From assembly GCA_963664405.1 (NCBI GenBank), contig OY761158.1, forward strand, positions 2,112,001 through 2,176,000: a DNA stretch of 64,000 nucleotides, written 5' to 3'. This document shows positions 29,748 through 39,104 of the stretch, piece by piece. Position 1 is the first letter of the stretch. The number at the start of each line of letters is the position of its first letter. The notes beneath the pieces are model-generated. The model made no database searches. It was given only the letters and a program-made list of their open reading frames with translations, and was not told the DNA's origin. The position numbers and the translations under genes were made by a program. The stretch is from Thermoanaerobaculia bacterium. Its GTDB lineage: Bacteria; Acidobacteriota; Thermoanaerobaculia; Multivoradales; Multivoraceae.

Positions 29748-30938
29748 ATGTCTGCACTCGAAGGTCTCGTGGTCCTCGACTTCTGCCACGATCGCCCGGG
29801 CTCCTACACCACGATGTTCCTGAGCGACTTCGGGGCCGAGGTGATCAGCGTCGATGCCCCGCCAGGGGTGGTCGAAGACATCGACAATCTCGAGGCCGGT
29901 GGCGGCGTCAGCCCAGAGTTGCTCGCGGCCCACTCGATCGTCGAACGCAACAAGAAGAGCATCCAGGTCAACCTGAAGACCGCAGAGGGGCAGGAGGTCG
30001 TTCAGCGCCTGGCGAAGAAGGCGGACGTCTTGGTGGAAGGCTTCAGCCCCGGCGTCATGGCCCGCCTGAAGGTGGATTGGCCCACCCTGCAAAAGATCAA
30101 TCCACGGCTGATCTACTGCTCGCTGAGTGGCTTCGGCGCCGACGGGCCCTACGCCGACCTGCCCGGCCACGACTGGAACTACACCGGCATCGGGGGAGCG
30201 TTGAGCCTGATCGGGGCACGCGACGGCCCTCCCTACCTTCCGGCCAGCTTCATCGCCGACATGGCGGGGGCGGGGCTGCACGGGGTCATCGGCATTCTTC
30301 TCGCGGTCGCCGCCAGAGAGCGAACGGGACTCGGACAGTTCGTCGACGTGACCTATCTGGACGGTGTGATCTCGCTCCTCGCCGCCGAGTCTTCGAGCTA
30401 CTTCCTCACCGGCAAGGTACCTCGCCGCGGCCGGACCAATCACACCGGCGGCGCGCCCTGGGCCAACGTCTACCGATGCCAGGACGGCGAGTACCTCACA
30501 GTGGGCTGCGCCGAGACCCACTTCTGGGTCAATCTATGCACGGCCATCGACCGTGAAGATCTCATTGCCCGCAAGGACCCCCCGCCAGAGGAGCTTGACG
30601 AGGTGGTGGCGGAGCTGGCGAAGGTCTTTGTGACCCGGACCCGCGACGACTGGGTCGACTTCTTCCGCGACAAGCGGGTCTGCGTCGGTCCGGTCAACAA
30701 CATCGACGAGACCTTCGCGGATCCTCATGTAAAACATCGCAATATGGTGATCGAGATCGACCACCCAGAGCTCGGTACAGTGCGGCAGGCGGGTATACCC
30801 ATCAAGCTGTCGGCGACTCCTGGCGAGGTTCGTAGCGTCGGTACTCCCAGTGGCACCGAGAGCGACCAGGTGCTTCGCGAGCTCGGATACAGCGACCAAG
30901 AGATCGAGAAGCTGCGCAGCGCTCATGCGGTCGGCTAG
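29748..30938 (+). CDS. CaiB/BaiF family III CoA-transferase
   Basis: LEGLVVLDF, RNKKSI..NLK, ADVLVEGFSPG, NPRLIYCSLSGFG, GHD.NY, catalytic IADMAG. Confidence 0.92.
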   Translation: MSALEGLVVLDFCHDRPGSYTTMFLSDFGAEVISVDAPPGVVEDIDNLEAGGGVSPELLAAHSIVERNKKSIQVNLKTAEGQEVVQRLAKKADVLVEGFSPGVMARLKVDWPTLQKINPRLIYCSLSGFGADGPYADLPGHDWNYTGIGGALSLIGARDGPPYLPASFIADMAGAGLHGVIGILLAVAARERTGLGQFVDVTYLDGVISLLAAESSSYFLTGKVPRRGRTNHTGGAPWANVYRCQDGEYLTVGCAETHFWVNLCTAIDREDLIARKDPPPEELDEVVAELAKVFVTRTRDDWVDFFRDKRVCVGPVNNIDETFADPHVKHRNMVIEIDHPELGTVRQAGIPIKLSATPGEVRSVGTPSGTESDQVLRELGYSDQEIEKLRSAHAVG

Positions 30939-30968
30939 AAGAGTGAACGCACTGTCGGAGGGTTGAAG

Positions 30969-32498
30969 ATGAGATTGCCAAAGAACCGATCCGTTGCCGC
31001 GCCACTCCTGGTCGCGCTTGCCGCGTGCTCTCCCGCTCCGGCGCCGGACCCCGAGCCGCCCGAGCAAGCACCACCGCTAAACGTGGTGCTGATCATCGCC
31101 GACGATCTCGGCTACGGAGATGTCTGCGCCTACAGCTGTGAAGGAGGCCTGACACCGAACCTCGACGCCCTGGCCGCCGGCGGTGCCCGCTTCGACAGGG
31201 GCTATGTCGCGGCCCCGGTGTGCAGTCCCTCTCGCGCCGCGCTGCTCACCGGGCGCTATCAGCAACGCTTCGGTCACGAGTTCACCGTCGGGCCGCTGGC
31301 AAGAGCCGAAGAAGACGGACTCGGCACTCCCACCACCGAGATCCTGCTCCCTCGCGTGTTACAACAGAACGGCTACACGACAGGAATGGTCGGGAAGTGG
31401 CACTTGGGCTCGAACCCCGAGTTCCTGCCGCAGGCACGCGGCTTCGACGAGTTCTTCGGCTTTCTCCACGGCTCCAACCTCTACACCCCGACCCTGGAAG
31501 GCCCGGGAATGCACTTCATCGATGCCGATCCGAGCCCGCCGCGCACCAGCAGGCGAGAGAGCGATGCGATCTTCCGCGGGACGGAAGTGGTCGAGGAGCC
31601 GGAGTACCTCACCGATGCCTTCACTCGAGAGGCCATCGATTTCCTTGCCCGACGCGGCCAGGATCCGTTCTTTCTCTATGTCGCCTACAACGCGCCGCAC
31701 ACGCCGCTTCAGGCCACCGACCGCTACTACGATCGCTTCCCCCACATCGAGGACGAAGCCAGCCGCATCTTCGCCGCGATGGTCAACGGGGTCGACGAAG
31801 GGATCGGGGAGATCCGCTCCACTCTCCGCGAGATCGGAGTCGACGATCGCACCCTGATCATCTTTCTCTCCGACAACGGCTGTGCCAAATACACGGCGGC
31901 CTGCTCCAACGGACCGTTTCAGGGCGGCAAGCTCATCCACTTCGAGGGCGGCGTCCGTGTGCCCTTCATTCTCAACTGGCCCGCCGCCATCCGCCCCGGT
32001 ACCGTGATCGACGCGACTGTCAGCTCGCTCGACCTGTTTCCGACCATCCTCGACGCGGTCGGCGCTCCTCTGCCGAGCGACCGACCACTCGACGGCAGCA
32101 GCCTGCTCCCCTTGTTACGCGGGGAGATTCAGCGCCCCAACGGCGCCTACCTCGCCGCGCGCGAGTGGATGCCGCGCCAAAGTCTCTACTGGCGTAATGG
32201 CATCAACTGGGGGACGATCCAAGACGGTCACCTCAAGCTCGTCCACATCTCCGACCAGCATCGCTTCGTCTACGACCTGGCCACAGATCCCGGAGAGCAG
32301 CACAATCTGGCCGAGGAGCGGCCCGAGCTGCTCGAGGATCTCGAGAAGCGCTTCGAGGATTGGTCGCAGACCATGTCTCCTCCACTCTGGGGTGATCCGA
32401 GACGCGTCTACATCTCACTCGACGACGTCCTTGCCGGCCGACGAAAGATGACGACGAAGTTCCAGCCCGAAAAGGGGCTGGTCGAGCTCAATCTCTAG
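30969..32498 (+). CDS. Sulfatase, lipoprotein
   Basis: Lipobox LAAC; IIADDLGYGD, CSPSRAALLTG, GKWHLG, YNAPHTP, LSDNG. Confidence 0.93.
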   Translation: MRLPKNRSVAAPLLVALAACSPAPAPDPEPPEQAPPLNVVLIIADDLGYGDVCAYSCEGGLTPNLDALAAGGARFDRGYVAAPVCSPSRAALLTGRYQQRFGHEFTVGPLARAEEDGLGTPTTEILLPRVLQQNGYTTGMVGKWHLGSNPEFLPQARGFDEFFGFLHGSNLYTPTLEGPGMHFIDADPSPPRTSRRESDAIFRGTEVVEEPEYLTDAFTREAIDFLARRGQDPFFLYVAYNAPHTPLQATDRYYDRFPHIEDEASRIFAAMVNGVDEGIGEIRSTLREIGVDDRTLIIFLSDNGCAKYTAACSNGPFQGGKLIHFEGGVRVPFILNWPAAIRPGTVIDATVSSLDLFPTILDAVGAPLPSDRPLDGSSLLPLLRGEIQRPNGAYLAAREWMPRQSLYWRNGINWGTIQDGHLKLVHISDQHRFVYDLATDPGEQHNLAEERPELLEDLEKRFEDWSQTMSPPLWGDPRRVYISLDDVLAGRRKMTTKFQPEKGLVELNL

Positions 32499-32624
32499 CC
32501 TCCGGAAATGATGGCTATCATTTCCTCCGGCTAGTTGTTGTTTGGCGCCGAGGACGGCGCACTTGGGCGTTGCTTCCTATTCGCTCCGGGAGGCGGTTTC
32601 GTGTCCTGCCGCGCAGACTCCTAG
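32495..32624 (-). repeat. CTAG-bounded hairpin repeat, family B copy 2 (130 bp, inverted orientation)
   Basis: Reverse complement matches 48152-48248 and 2673-2783; CTAG at both ends, the left one providing the sulfatase stop. Confidence 0.85.
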
Positions 32625-32802
32625 GGCCGGCCGCTTCTCATTCGATCGCCGCCAAGGCTCCCTGCGCCACGATCAGTCGGCGGTGCAGAGGCAGCGAGCC
32701 TCGGCGAAAGAACTAGGAGAAGAGTCAGCACATGAACGCAAGGGTGCTCGATGCGCGGGCCGCTCTGCTCTCTCGCTCCTCACTCATGGACCGGCGTCGA
32801 GT

Positions 32803-32831
32803 TTGACATCTGTGATCTCGAAGTGTGAAAT
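32803..32831 (+). promoter_or_regulatory. Possible sigma70 promoter TTGACA-17bp-TGAAAT
   Basis: Consensus -35 with canonical spacing, upstream of the ADH remnant and SDR operon. Confidence 0.35.
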
Positions 32832-32884
32832 GCGCACCCGAGGCGCTAGAGACGGTCAAGAAACTCAGTCGGAGTGGAGGCGTG

Positions 32885-33212
32885 ATGAAAGCTTGTGTCG
32901 CGACCGGAGAGAAGGGACAGATGGAATGTCGGGAGGTACCCGAGCCTTCGCTGGAAGCAGGAGCTCTGCTGCTGAAAACGAAGTGCGCACTCATTTGCGG
33001 GAGCGATCTCGAGTATCTCGAGGGCCTGCACGGAAAGATCGTTCCGGGCGAGATTCGAGGGCACGAGTTCGTCGCCGAGGTCGCTGCCGTTGGCGGGCGT
33101 CGAGGAGTTGATCGTGCCGGACTTCACTCTCGGCACCTTGGTGGGCGCTGGGCAAGAAAAAATGGACATACTCGATCGTTTTATCTCTGAGGTCGCTCCG
33201 GCGGCCAAGTAG
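32885..33212 (+). pseudogene. Deletion chimera: N-terminus of a Zn-dependent alcohol dehydrogenase joined out of frame to a C-terminal remnant of another oxidoreductase (LLM-like)
   Basis: MKACV...ICGSDL...GHEFVAEV breaks at about 33093; another frame reads AGVEELIVPDFTLG...MDILDRFISEVAPAAK* to TAG 33212. Confidence 0.7.
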
Positions 33213-33229
33213 GAAGAAACACCTGACAA

Positions 33230-33994
33230 ATGGCAGAGTTATTTGGACTCCAGGACAAGGTCGCAATCGTTACCGGCGGCGCCGGTGGGATCGGGACACG
33301 GATCGCTAGGGAGTACGCGAAAGCAGGCGCCCACGTCGTGGTCGCGAGCCGAAAACAAGAGAATCTCGACAAGATCGCCGAGGAGATCCGAGGCCTCGGC
33401 AGAAAGGCGCTGGCCATCGCTACCGACGTATGCATTCCCGAGCAGGTGGATAACCTCGTCGCCAAGACCGTCGAGGAGCTCGGTCGCCTCGACATCATGG
33501 TCAACAACGCCGGCGGAGCCCTGCACATCAAACCGCCGGAAGAGCTCACGCCTGAAGAGTGGCGCGCCGGGATCGCCCTCAACCTCGACAGTGTTTTTGT
33601 CTGCAGCGCAGCCGCCGCCCGGGTGATGATTCGCCAGCAGAGTGGGAACATCATCAATATCTCCTCGGTTGCCGGTATCAAACAGGTACCGAACTTCGTC
33701 CATTACGGAGCGGCCAAGGCGGGGGTCATCAACCTGACCAAGTCGCTGGCCGCTTCGTGGGCGAAGCACAACATCAATGTCAACTGCATTGCGCCGGGCC
33801 TCACCGCCACCGAAGGAGTCGCCGACTGGCTGCCCACCACCAAGAAGAAGGACGGCACCCCCGTTCCGCCCCTGGAGTTCCCCGCCGACCCCGAGCACGT
33901 GGCTCACCTTGCAGTCTTTCTCGCCTCTGAGGCAGCCGAGCGAATCACCGGCGAGGTCATACCGATTCGCGCCTCGATCGGATTCGATCGCTAG
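33230..33994 (+). CDS. SDR family oxidoreductase
   Basis: TGGAGGIG, NNAG, YGAAK, VNCIAPG. Confidence 0.93.
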   Translation: MAELFGLQDKVAIVTGGAGGIGTRIAREYAKAGAHVVVASRKQENLDKIAEEIRGLGRKALAIATDVCIPEQVDNLVAKTVEELGRLDIMVNNAGGALHIKPPEELTPEEWRAGIALNLDSVFVCSAAAARVMIRQQSGNIINISSVAGIKQVPNFVHYGAAKAGVINLTKSLAASWAKHNINVNCIAPGLTATEGVADWLPTTKKKDGTPVPPLEFPADPEHVAHLAVFLASEAAERITGEVIPIRASIGFDR

Positions 33995-33996
33995 CC

Positions 33997-34827
33997 ATGA
34001 CTCGGAGACTAGAGGGCAAGGTCGCTATCGTCACCGGAGCGAGTCGCGGGCTCGGCCAGTATTGCGCTCTCGGCTTCGCTCGAGAGGGGGCGAAGGTCGC
34101 GATTGCTGCTCGCACTGTCGAGGTCAAGGACGCGCGGCTGCCGGGGACGATTCATGAGACCGCAAGACTCATCGAAGAAGCGGGAGGAGAAGCGCTGCCG
34201 GTGGTCTGCAATGTGGCGGACTCCGCCTCGGTCGATGCGATGGTCGAGCAGGTCCTCGAACGCTGGGGGCGCATCGACATCCTGATGAACAACGCCGCGA
34301 TCCAACCGCCGGGAGTCAATTCAGACATCCTGCCCAGACACTGGGAGCTGCAATACCGGGTCAATGTGCATGGGCCCTTTCACTGCATTCGTGCAGCTTT
34401 GCCGGCGATGAGAGAGCAGCAGAGCGGCAACATCATCAACATCTCGTCGGCGGCGACTCGAGGTGGGACTCCCTACGGCGGGACCAAGCGGGCACTCGAG
34501 GCCATGACCGAGGGTCTCGCCGCGGAGCTCGAAGCGGACGGCATCGTTGTAAACGCACTCAAGCCCCTTGGTGCCATCGAGACACCAGGCTTCCTATTCG
34601 CTCAGCTCCCGCGAGCCGGCGAGCAGAGCGAAGCGCTGGAGCTGCCACCCCGAGACAGCTACGTCGAGGCCGCGATCCTGCTGGCGCTGCAGACTCCCGA
34701 GTCCTTTACCGGACGGGTCCACGACGACGCCGAAGTGATTCGGCATCTGGCGGACGAAGAAACGAAGACTAGGTTTCGCGAGCTCAACCCGAGCTACTGG
34801 ACCGCCGTCATGGATCGCTCAGAGTAG
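33997..34827 (+). CDS. SDR family oxidoreductase
   Basis: TGASRGLG, NNAA, YGGTK. Confidence 0.92.
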   Translation: MTRRLEGKVAIVTGASRGLGQYCALGFAREGAKVAIAARTVEVKDARLPGTIHETARLIEEAGGEALPVVCNVADSASVDAMVEQVLERWGRIDILMNNAAIQPPGVNSDILPRHWELQYRVNVHGPFHCIRAALPAMREQQSGNIINISSAATRGGTPYGGTKRALEAMTEGLAAELEADGIVVNALKPLGAIETPGFLFAQLPRAGEQSEALELPPRDSYVEAAILLALQTPESFTGRVHDDAEVIRHLADEETKTRFRELNPSYWTAVMDRSE

Positions 34828-34857
34828 GGCTGCGCCCGATCAAGGGCTCAGCCTCGG

Positions 34858-35394
34858 TCACTCCCTCGCGACAGTGTCACCAACCCGAATCGCGCCGGGC
34901 TCTACGACCCTGGCGTTCACTCCGCGCAGGTGCAATTGCTTTCCGACCCCTGAATTGACGAACACCATCGCGTCGAGGCCGAATCGCTCGACGAACTTCT
35001 TGCACCCTGTATGGGGCGGCGGCGTCACTTCGACCAAAGCGCTCCCTAGCAGCAGGCGCGTGCCTGCCGGGAGATTCTCTTCACTGAGGTCGAGATCGAG
35101 GAAGAATTGATCACCCGCCAACGGCCACCGCTCGCGGCTCTGAGCGACCAGTGCAGCAGTACGGGAGTTCATGAGCGTGAGCTGCATATCTCGATCAGGT
35201 GTACCTCGTGCGCTCCAATTGTCGCCAACCAGACCCTGCTCCACATCGAGGCGGCCCTCGTCGAGAACCTCTCGATCGCCAACACTGGGCCTGCGAACGA
35301 TCATCTCCACGACTCCCTCAGCCGCCGGGGAACTGCGGATGTGTTCCAAGCCCGCCTCGAGCTCTTCACTCGTCAGGTGTCTTATCTCTTCCAT
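34858..35394 (-). CDS. MOSC domain-containing protein
   Basis: GLVGD, LAGDQFFLDLDLS, PHTGCKKFVERFG, RGVNARVV..G.I..GD. Confidence 0.85.
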   Translation of the reverse strand: MEEIRHLTSEELEAGLEHIRSSPAAEGVVEMIVRRPSVGDREVLDEGRLDVEQGLVGDNWSARGTPDRDMQLTLMNSRTAALVAQSRERWPLAGDQFFLDLDLSEENLPAGTRLLLGSALVEVTPPPHTGCKKFVERFGLDAMVFVNSGVGKQLHLRGVNARVVEPGAIRVGDTVARE

Positions 35395-35593
35395 CGACTC
35401 CCTCTCCGCAGCTGTGCTCCATCTTGATGAGACTCTCGGCGCCCGGATCCGCAACATCGCTGGTCGGATGAGCCTCGGGTCTATCCTGGCACGTTCGCGC
35501 TGCAGCGGCTACGGTGAATGAGCTGAACTCTGGTATTCGTCTATCGTAGAAATAGTCGAGTCGCGTAGTATCAAGATGAGAAGAGGAACGAGA

Positions 35594-37180
35594 ATGAAAC
35601 CAATGAAGTTCTTGGCAGTATGCCTCTCTTTGCTTGCGCTTCCTTTGGCTAGTGTTGCCGCGGAAAACGACGAAGGCGCAGGGCCGATCACCTATTCGAA
35701 GCATGTAGCCAGCATCCTCAACCAGAAATGCGTTCGCTGTCACCGCCCGGGCCAGGGTACACCGATGACCCTGGGCAGCTATGAAGAAGTGCGACCGTGG
35801 GCCAGGTCGATCGCTCGTCTGGTCAAAGAAGGCACCATGCCGCCCTGGCATGCGGTTGCTTCGATTGGCCCGATCACCAATGACCGCAGCCTCGAGGAAA
35901 AGCAGGTGGCAACGATCGTTCGTTGGGTGGAACAGGGCTCCCTCGAGGGCGACGCGGCAGATCTGCCACAGTCACCGACCTTTTCCGATAGCGAGTGGGT
36001 TCTAGGCGAGCCTGACTTCGTAGTCACTCTGCCGGAGGTGTTCGTCCCTGGCGGCGGTCCCGACCAGTTCGAGAATCTGAGCGGCAAAGTGATGCTGCCC
36101 GAGGACCGTTGGATTGGGGCCGTCGAGATATTGCCTGGCAACAAGAAAGTCGTGCATCACGTCATCGCCTTCCAGATCAAGGGATTCAACGTCGACCCCG
36201 AGCAAGGCTGGCTCGGCGCCTGGGCCGCCGGAAGCGAGCCGATGACCTTTCCACCAGGCACCGCTCGAGTCATGACCAAGGGCGCAAACCTGGTCGGAGA
36301 CATGCACTACCACCCGGCGGAGACCGACGAGACCGACATCACCCGAATCGGCTTTCACTTTCTCGACGATGCTGAAGTCGACAAAGAGCTGGCCAATATC
36401 TGGGTCATGAACACCGGCTTCGAGATTCCTCCCGGAGCGCCGGATCACGAAGTACGTGCGTCGTATCGCTTCGCCCAGTCCGGCAAGCTCTTTGGCTTCG
36501 CTCCCCACATGCACTACCGCGGCAAGGACTTCACCTTCACGGCGACCTACCCCGACGGGAGTGAAGACGTTCTGCTACGTGTCGAGAACTACGACTTCAA
36601 CTGGCAGACCATGTACACCCTGGATCAACCCATCGAGGTACCCGAGGGAACGCTCATCGAGTGCGTCGCACACTTCGACAACTCCGCTGACAACGTCCTC
36701 AACCCGGATCCGACCAAGACTCTTCACTTCGGCGACGAATCCTACGACGAGATGATGATCGGCTTCATGGACTTTGTGGTCGACGACGGGGTGCGGATGG
36801 AGACGACCGACCAGACCAAGGCGCGATACCTGAAACGCATGATCGAGGAACATCCGAACGAGGTTTATGTGTTCGCCGACAGCAAGGGCGCCCCGACATC
36901 TCTGCATCTGCCGCCACAAGGTGAAGGCCTGCTCTATCTGCGCGTCAATCGCAACCTCACTCCCTGTCGCATTTTCGACATCGAGTGGGAGGGGTCGAGC
37001 TTCAGCGCGTCGGTGGATGTTCCAGGCTTCAAGGTTCTGGATCTCGAAGGAACGGCAGACGCCCGTTCTTTCTCGGCCAAGCTACGAACGGGGGAAGACA
37101 GCGCTCTCGACTTCGAGGGCTCCCCTGCCGCCGTTTGGCGCGCCGAGAAGGAAGCCGGCAACTCGTCCAGCGGGCTGTAG
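35594..37180 (+). CDS. Cytochrome c / copper type II ascorbate-dependent monooxygenase-like secreted protein
   Basis: Signal peptide; CVRCH heme motif, MPPW; VVHH, MHYH, PHMH and DEMM Cu-ligand motifs; extra C-terminal domain. Confidence 0.8.
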   Translation: MKPMKFLAVCLSLLALPLASVAAENDEGAGPITYSKHVASILNQKCVRCHRPGQGTPMTLGSYEEVRPWARSIARLVKEGTMPPWHAVASIGPITNDRSLEEKQVATIVRWVEQGSLEGDAADLPQSPTFSDSEWVLGEPDFVVTLPEVFVPGGGPDQFENLSGKVMLPEDRWIGAVEILPGNKKVVHHVIAFQIKGFNVDPEQGWLGAWAAGSEPMTFPPGTARVMTKGANLVGDMHYHPAETDETDITRIGFHFLDDAEVDKELANIWVMNTGFEIPPGAPDHEVRASYRFAQSGKLFGFAPHMHYRGKDFTFTATYPDGSEDVLLRVENYDFNWQTMYTLDQPIEVPEGTLIECVAHFDNSADNVLNPDPTKTLHFGDESYDEMMIGFMDFVVDDGVRMETTDQTKARYLKRMIEEHPNEVYVFADSKGAPTSLHLPPQGEGLLYLRVNRNLTPCRIFDIEWEGSSFSASVDVPGFKVLDLEGTADARSFSAKLRTGEDSALDFEGSPAAVWRAEKEAGNSSSGL

Positions 37181-37236
37181 CCGACGGAGAGGGACAGACA
37201 GAACGTCGCGGCGCTTAGTACATGCGGCCACAAGTA

Positions 37237-38745
37237 CTAGCCGGGTCGATAGCTTCCCTGGCGCATCAGATTCTGAAGCGCTCGGCAACGGTCGGGATCT
37301 CCGGCGGAGAGGTCGCGATCCTCCCAGGGGTCTTCCGCGAGATCGTAGAGCCTTTGCTCGGCACCGTCGAAACCGGTGACCAGTTTGTAGCGACCGTCGT
37401 AGACCATTCTCCAATCGTAAAGGCCGGAGAAGACGTACTCACGATGAGCGTCGGTGTGTCCGGCGAGCAGGTGTCTCATCGAGATTCCGTCCATGTCTTC
37501 GGGTACTCCGACTCCCGCGAGATCCAGGAAGGTGGCCGATAGATCGATGAGGCTGACCATGGCGTCGACCCGCTCGCCCTGGCGAACGCCTGGGCCGGCC
37601 ATGACCAGCGGCACTCCGGAGGAGGACTCGAAGGGGAGCTGCTTTCCCCAGCGCGAATGGTCCCCCAACATCTCGCCGTGGTCACTCGAATAGACGATGA
37701 CGGTGTTGTCGAGCTCGCCGCGCTCCTCGAGCTGGTCGACATAGAGACCGATCCAACGGTCGATGTTCTCGATCATCGCGGCGTAGTTCTGGCGGATCCG
37801 GATCTGATGGGGGGCGTCCCAAGGGCCGTCATAGGCGTGGGGCTGAGGGAAGTCGTCGATCATGCCGTCGGGTCCACGAAACCTTCGCTCCATCCGCTCG
37901 GTGATGTCCATCGGAGGGTGCGGGCCGGCGAAGTTGACGATCTGAAACCAGGACTCACCTCGAGGCACGGAGTCGAGTAGCGACACCCCATTGCGACCGA
38001 TCCAATTGTCGCAGTAGTGCGCCTCCGCCAGGGGGGAGAGCGAAGTGTTTCCCCACTGCTCCACCCTCTGAGGTCTTCGCCGAGCCTCCATGTCTCTGGC
38101 GCAGATCAGGCCTTGCTTGGGATCGAGACCCTCGAGGTAGGCGTAATAAGAGTCCTTGGCGCCTACCGGCTCTGAAAGATAGGTCAGCGCTCCCGCGCCC
38201 TTGCCGGCGTTGTTGATGCCGTTGGTGAACCCCCATTCCTGAATGAATCGCTGACCATCGAGACCGAGCCCCACCGGGCCTTCGGAATCTCCGCCACCGT
38301 CGAGAATGCGATGCAGGGCCGCCGAGCCCATGTCCATCTTGCCGCAGCCGAGAACGTGGTAGCCGCTCTCACGCAGCAAGCCGTAGAAGGTCTGCCGGTC
38401 CAAGGGAAAGCTCTGGTTGTTGGTCGGAACACCGCAGTCGTCGTACTCCATCCCACTCGCGAGACAGGCGCGGGACGGCGCACAAACGGGCGCCGCACAG
38501 TAGGCCCGCTCGACCGAGAGCCCACGCCGCGCCAAGGCTTCGAGATTGGGCATTGGGACCGGGATATCAGAGTTCGCCGGTGTCCAGTCCCACCGGTGCT
38601 GATCCGAGAACAGAAACAGGAAGTTCGGCCGCGAGGGTGGGGCCAACGGCGGAGGCTCCTGCATCTCTCGGCCGCACCCCACGGCGGGCAGCAGAGTCGC
38701 AGCCAACGAGCCCTTCAGAAAATCACGACGAGTCTGACGCGACAT
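37237..38745 (-). CDS. Sulfatase with Tat signal (possible lipoprotein)
   Basis: TRRDFLK twin-arginine; AVGC; FSDQHR, CAPSRACLASG, GPHPP, SSDHGEMLGDH. Confidence 0.92.
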   Translation of the reverse strand: MSRQTRRDFLKGSLAATLLPAVGCGREMQEPPPLAPPSRPNFLFLFSDQHRWDWTPANSDIPVPMPNLEALARRGLSVERAYCAAPVCAPSRACLASGMEYDDCGVPTNNQSFPLDRQTFYGLLRESGYHVLGCGKMDMGSAALHRILDGGGDSEGPVGLGLDGQRFIQEWGFTNGINNAGKGAGALTYLSEPVGAKDSYYAYLEGLDPKQGLICARDMEARRRPQRVEQWGNTSLSPLAEAHYCDNWIGRNGVSLLDSVPRGESWFQIVNFAGPHPPMDITERMERRFRGPDGMIDDFPQPHAYDGPWDAPHQIRIRQNYAAMIENIDRWIGLYVDQLEERGELDNTVIVYSSDHGEMLGDHSRWGKQLPFESSSGVPLVMAGPGVRQGERVDAMVSLIDLSATFLDLAGVGVPEDMDGISMRHLLAGHTDAHREYVFSGLYDWRMVYDGRYKLVTGFDGAEQRLYDLAEDPWEDRDLSAGDPDRCRALQNLMRQGSYRPG

Positions 38746-38780
38746 GGTTTTGCGTCCTTCTTCGCGGGTCGTTCAGAAAC

Positions 38781-38796
38781 TAGATTGACCAGTCTA
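38781..38796. promoter_or_regulatory. Operator candidate TAGATTGACCAGTCTA
   Basis: About 35 bp upstream of the Tat-sulfatase start; matches the 25555 motif. Confidence 0.65.
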
Positions 38797-38820
38797 TTCT
38801 ACTCAGGACCACAGAGTGGA

Positions 38821-38986
38821 CTAGACCAGCGTTTCCAAAGTTCGCACCACATATCTCGGCCCGTTCTGCCCGCTGGCGTCGTTCCGCCTCCTCGACATAT
38901 TGCCGAATATGCCTGCGTCGGCGCGCCTTGCCAGCGAACAGAACGACCTCGAGCTCTGTAGCGCGACTTTGGAAACGCTGGTCTAG
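38821..38986. mobile_element. MITE, 166 bp, with 21-bp perfect terminal inverted repeats CTAGACCAGCGTTTCCAAAGT
   Basis: Left end 38821 CTAGACCAGCGTTTCCAAAGT; right end ACTTTGGAAACGCTGGTCTAG 38986; internal complementary segments; partial second copy at 58873. Confidence 0.85.
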
Positions 38987-39104
38987 GATCCGGGTCTTCT
39001 TCGGCGACTTCGACAGCGACGGGCGACGGCCGTCCGGAGGTCTCGGCGCCCACGTTGGAGGCGAGAAGGAGCGAATCGGTGGGGGCCTCTAGCGCCGCCT
39101 GTGA

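Noticed and set aside
32625-32790. Possible minus-strand gene remnant next to the repeat
   Set aside because: Only short frames needing a frameshift; no recognisable family
38987-39092. GDFDSDG (FG-GAP-like) peptide right after the MITE
   Set aside because: A single short motif with no start or context; could be chance
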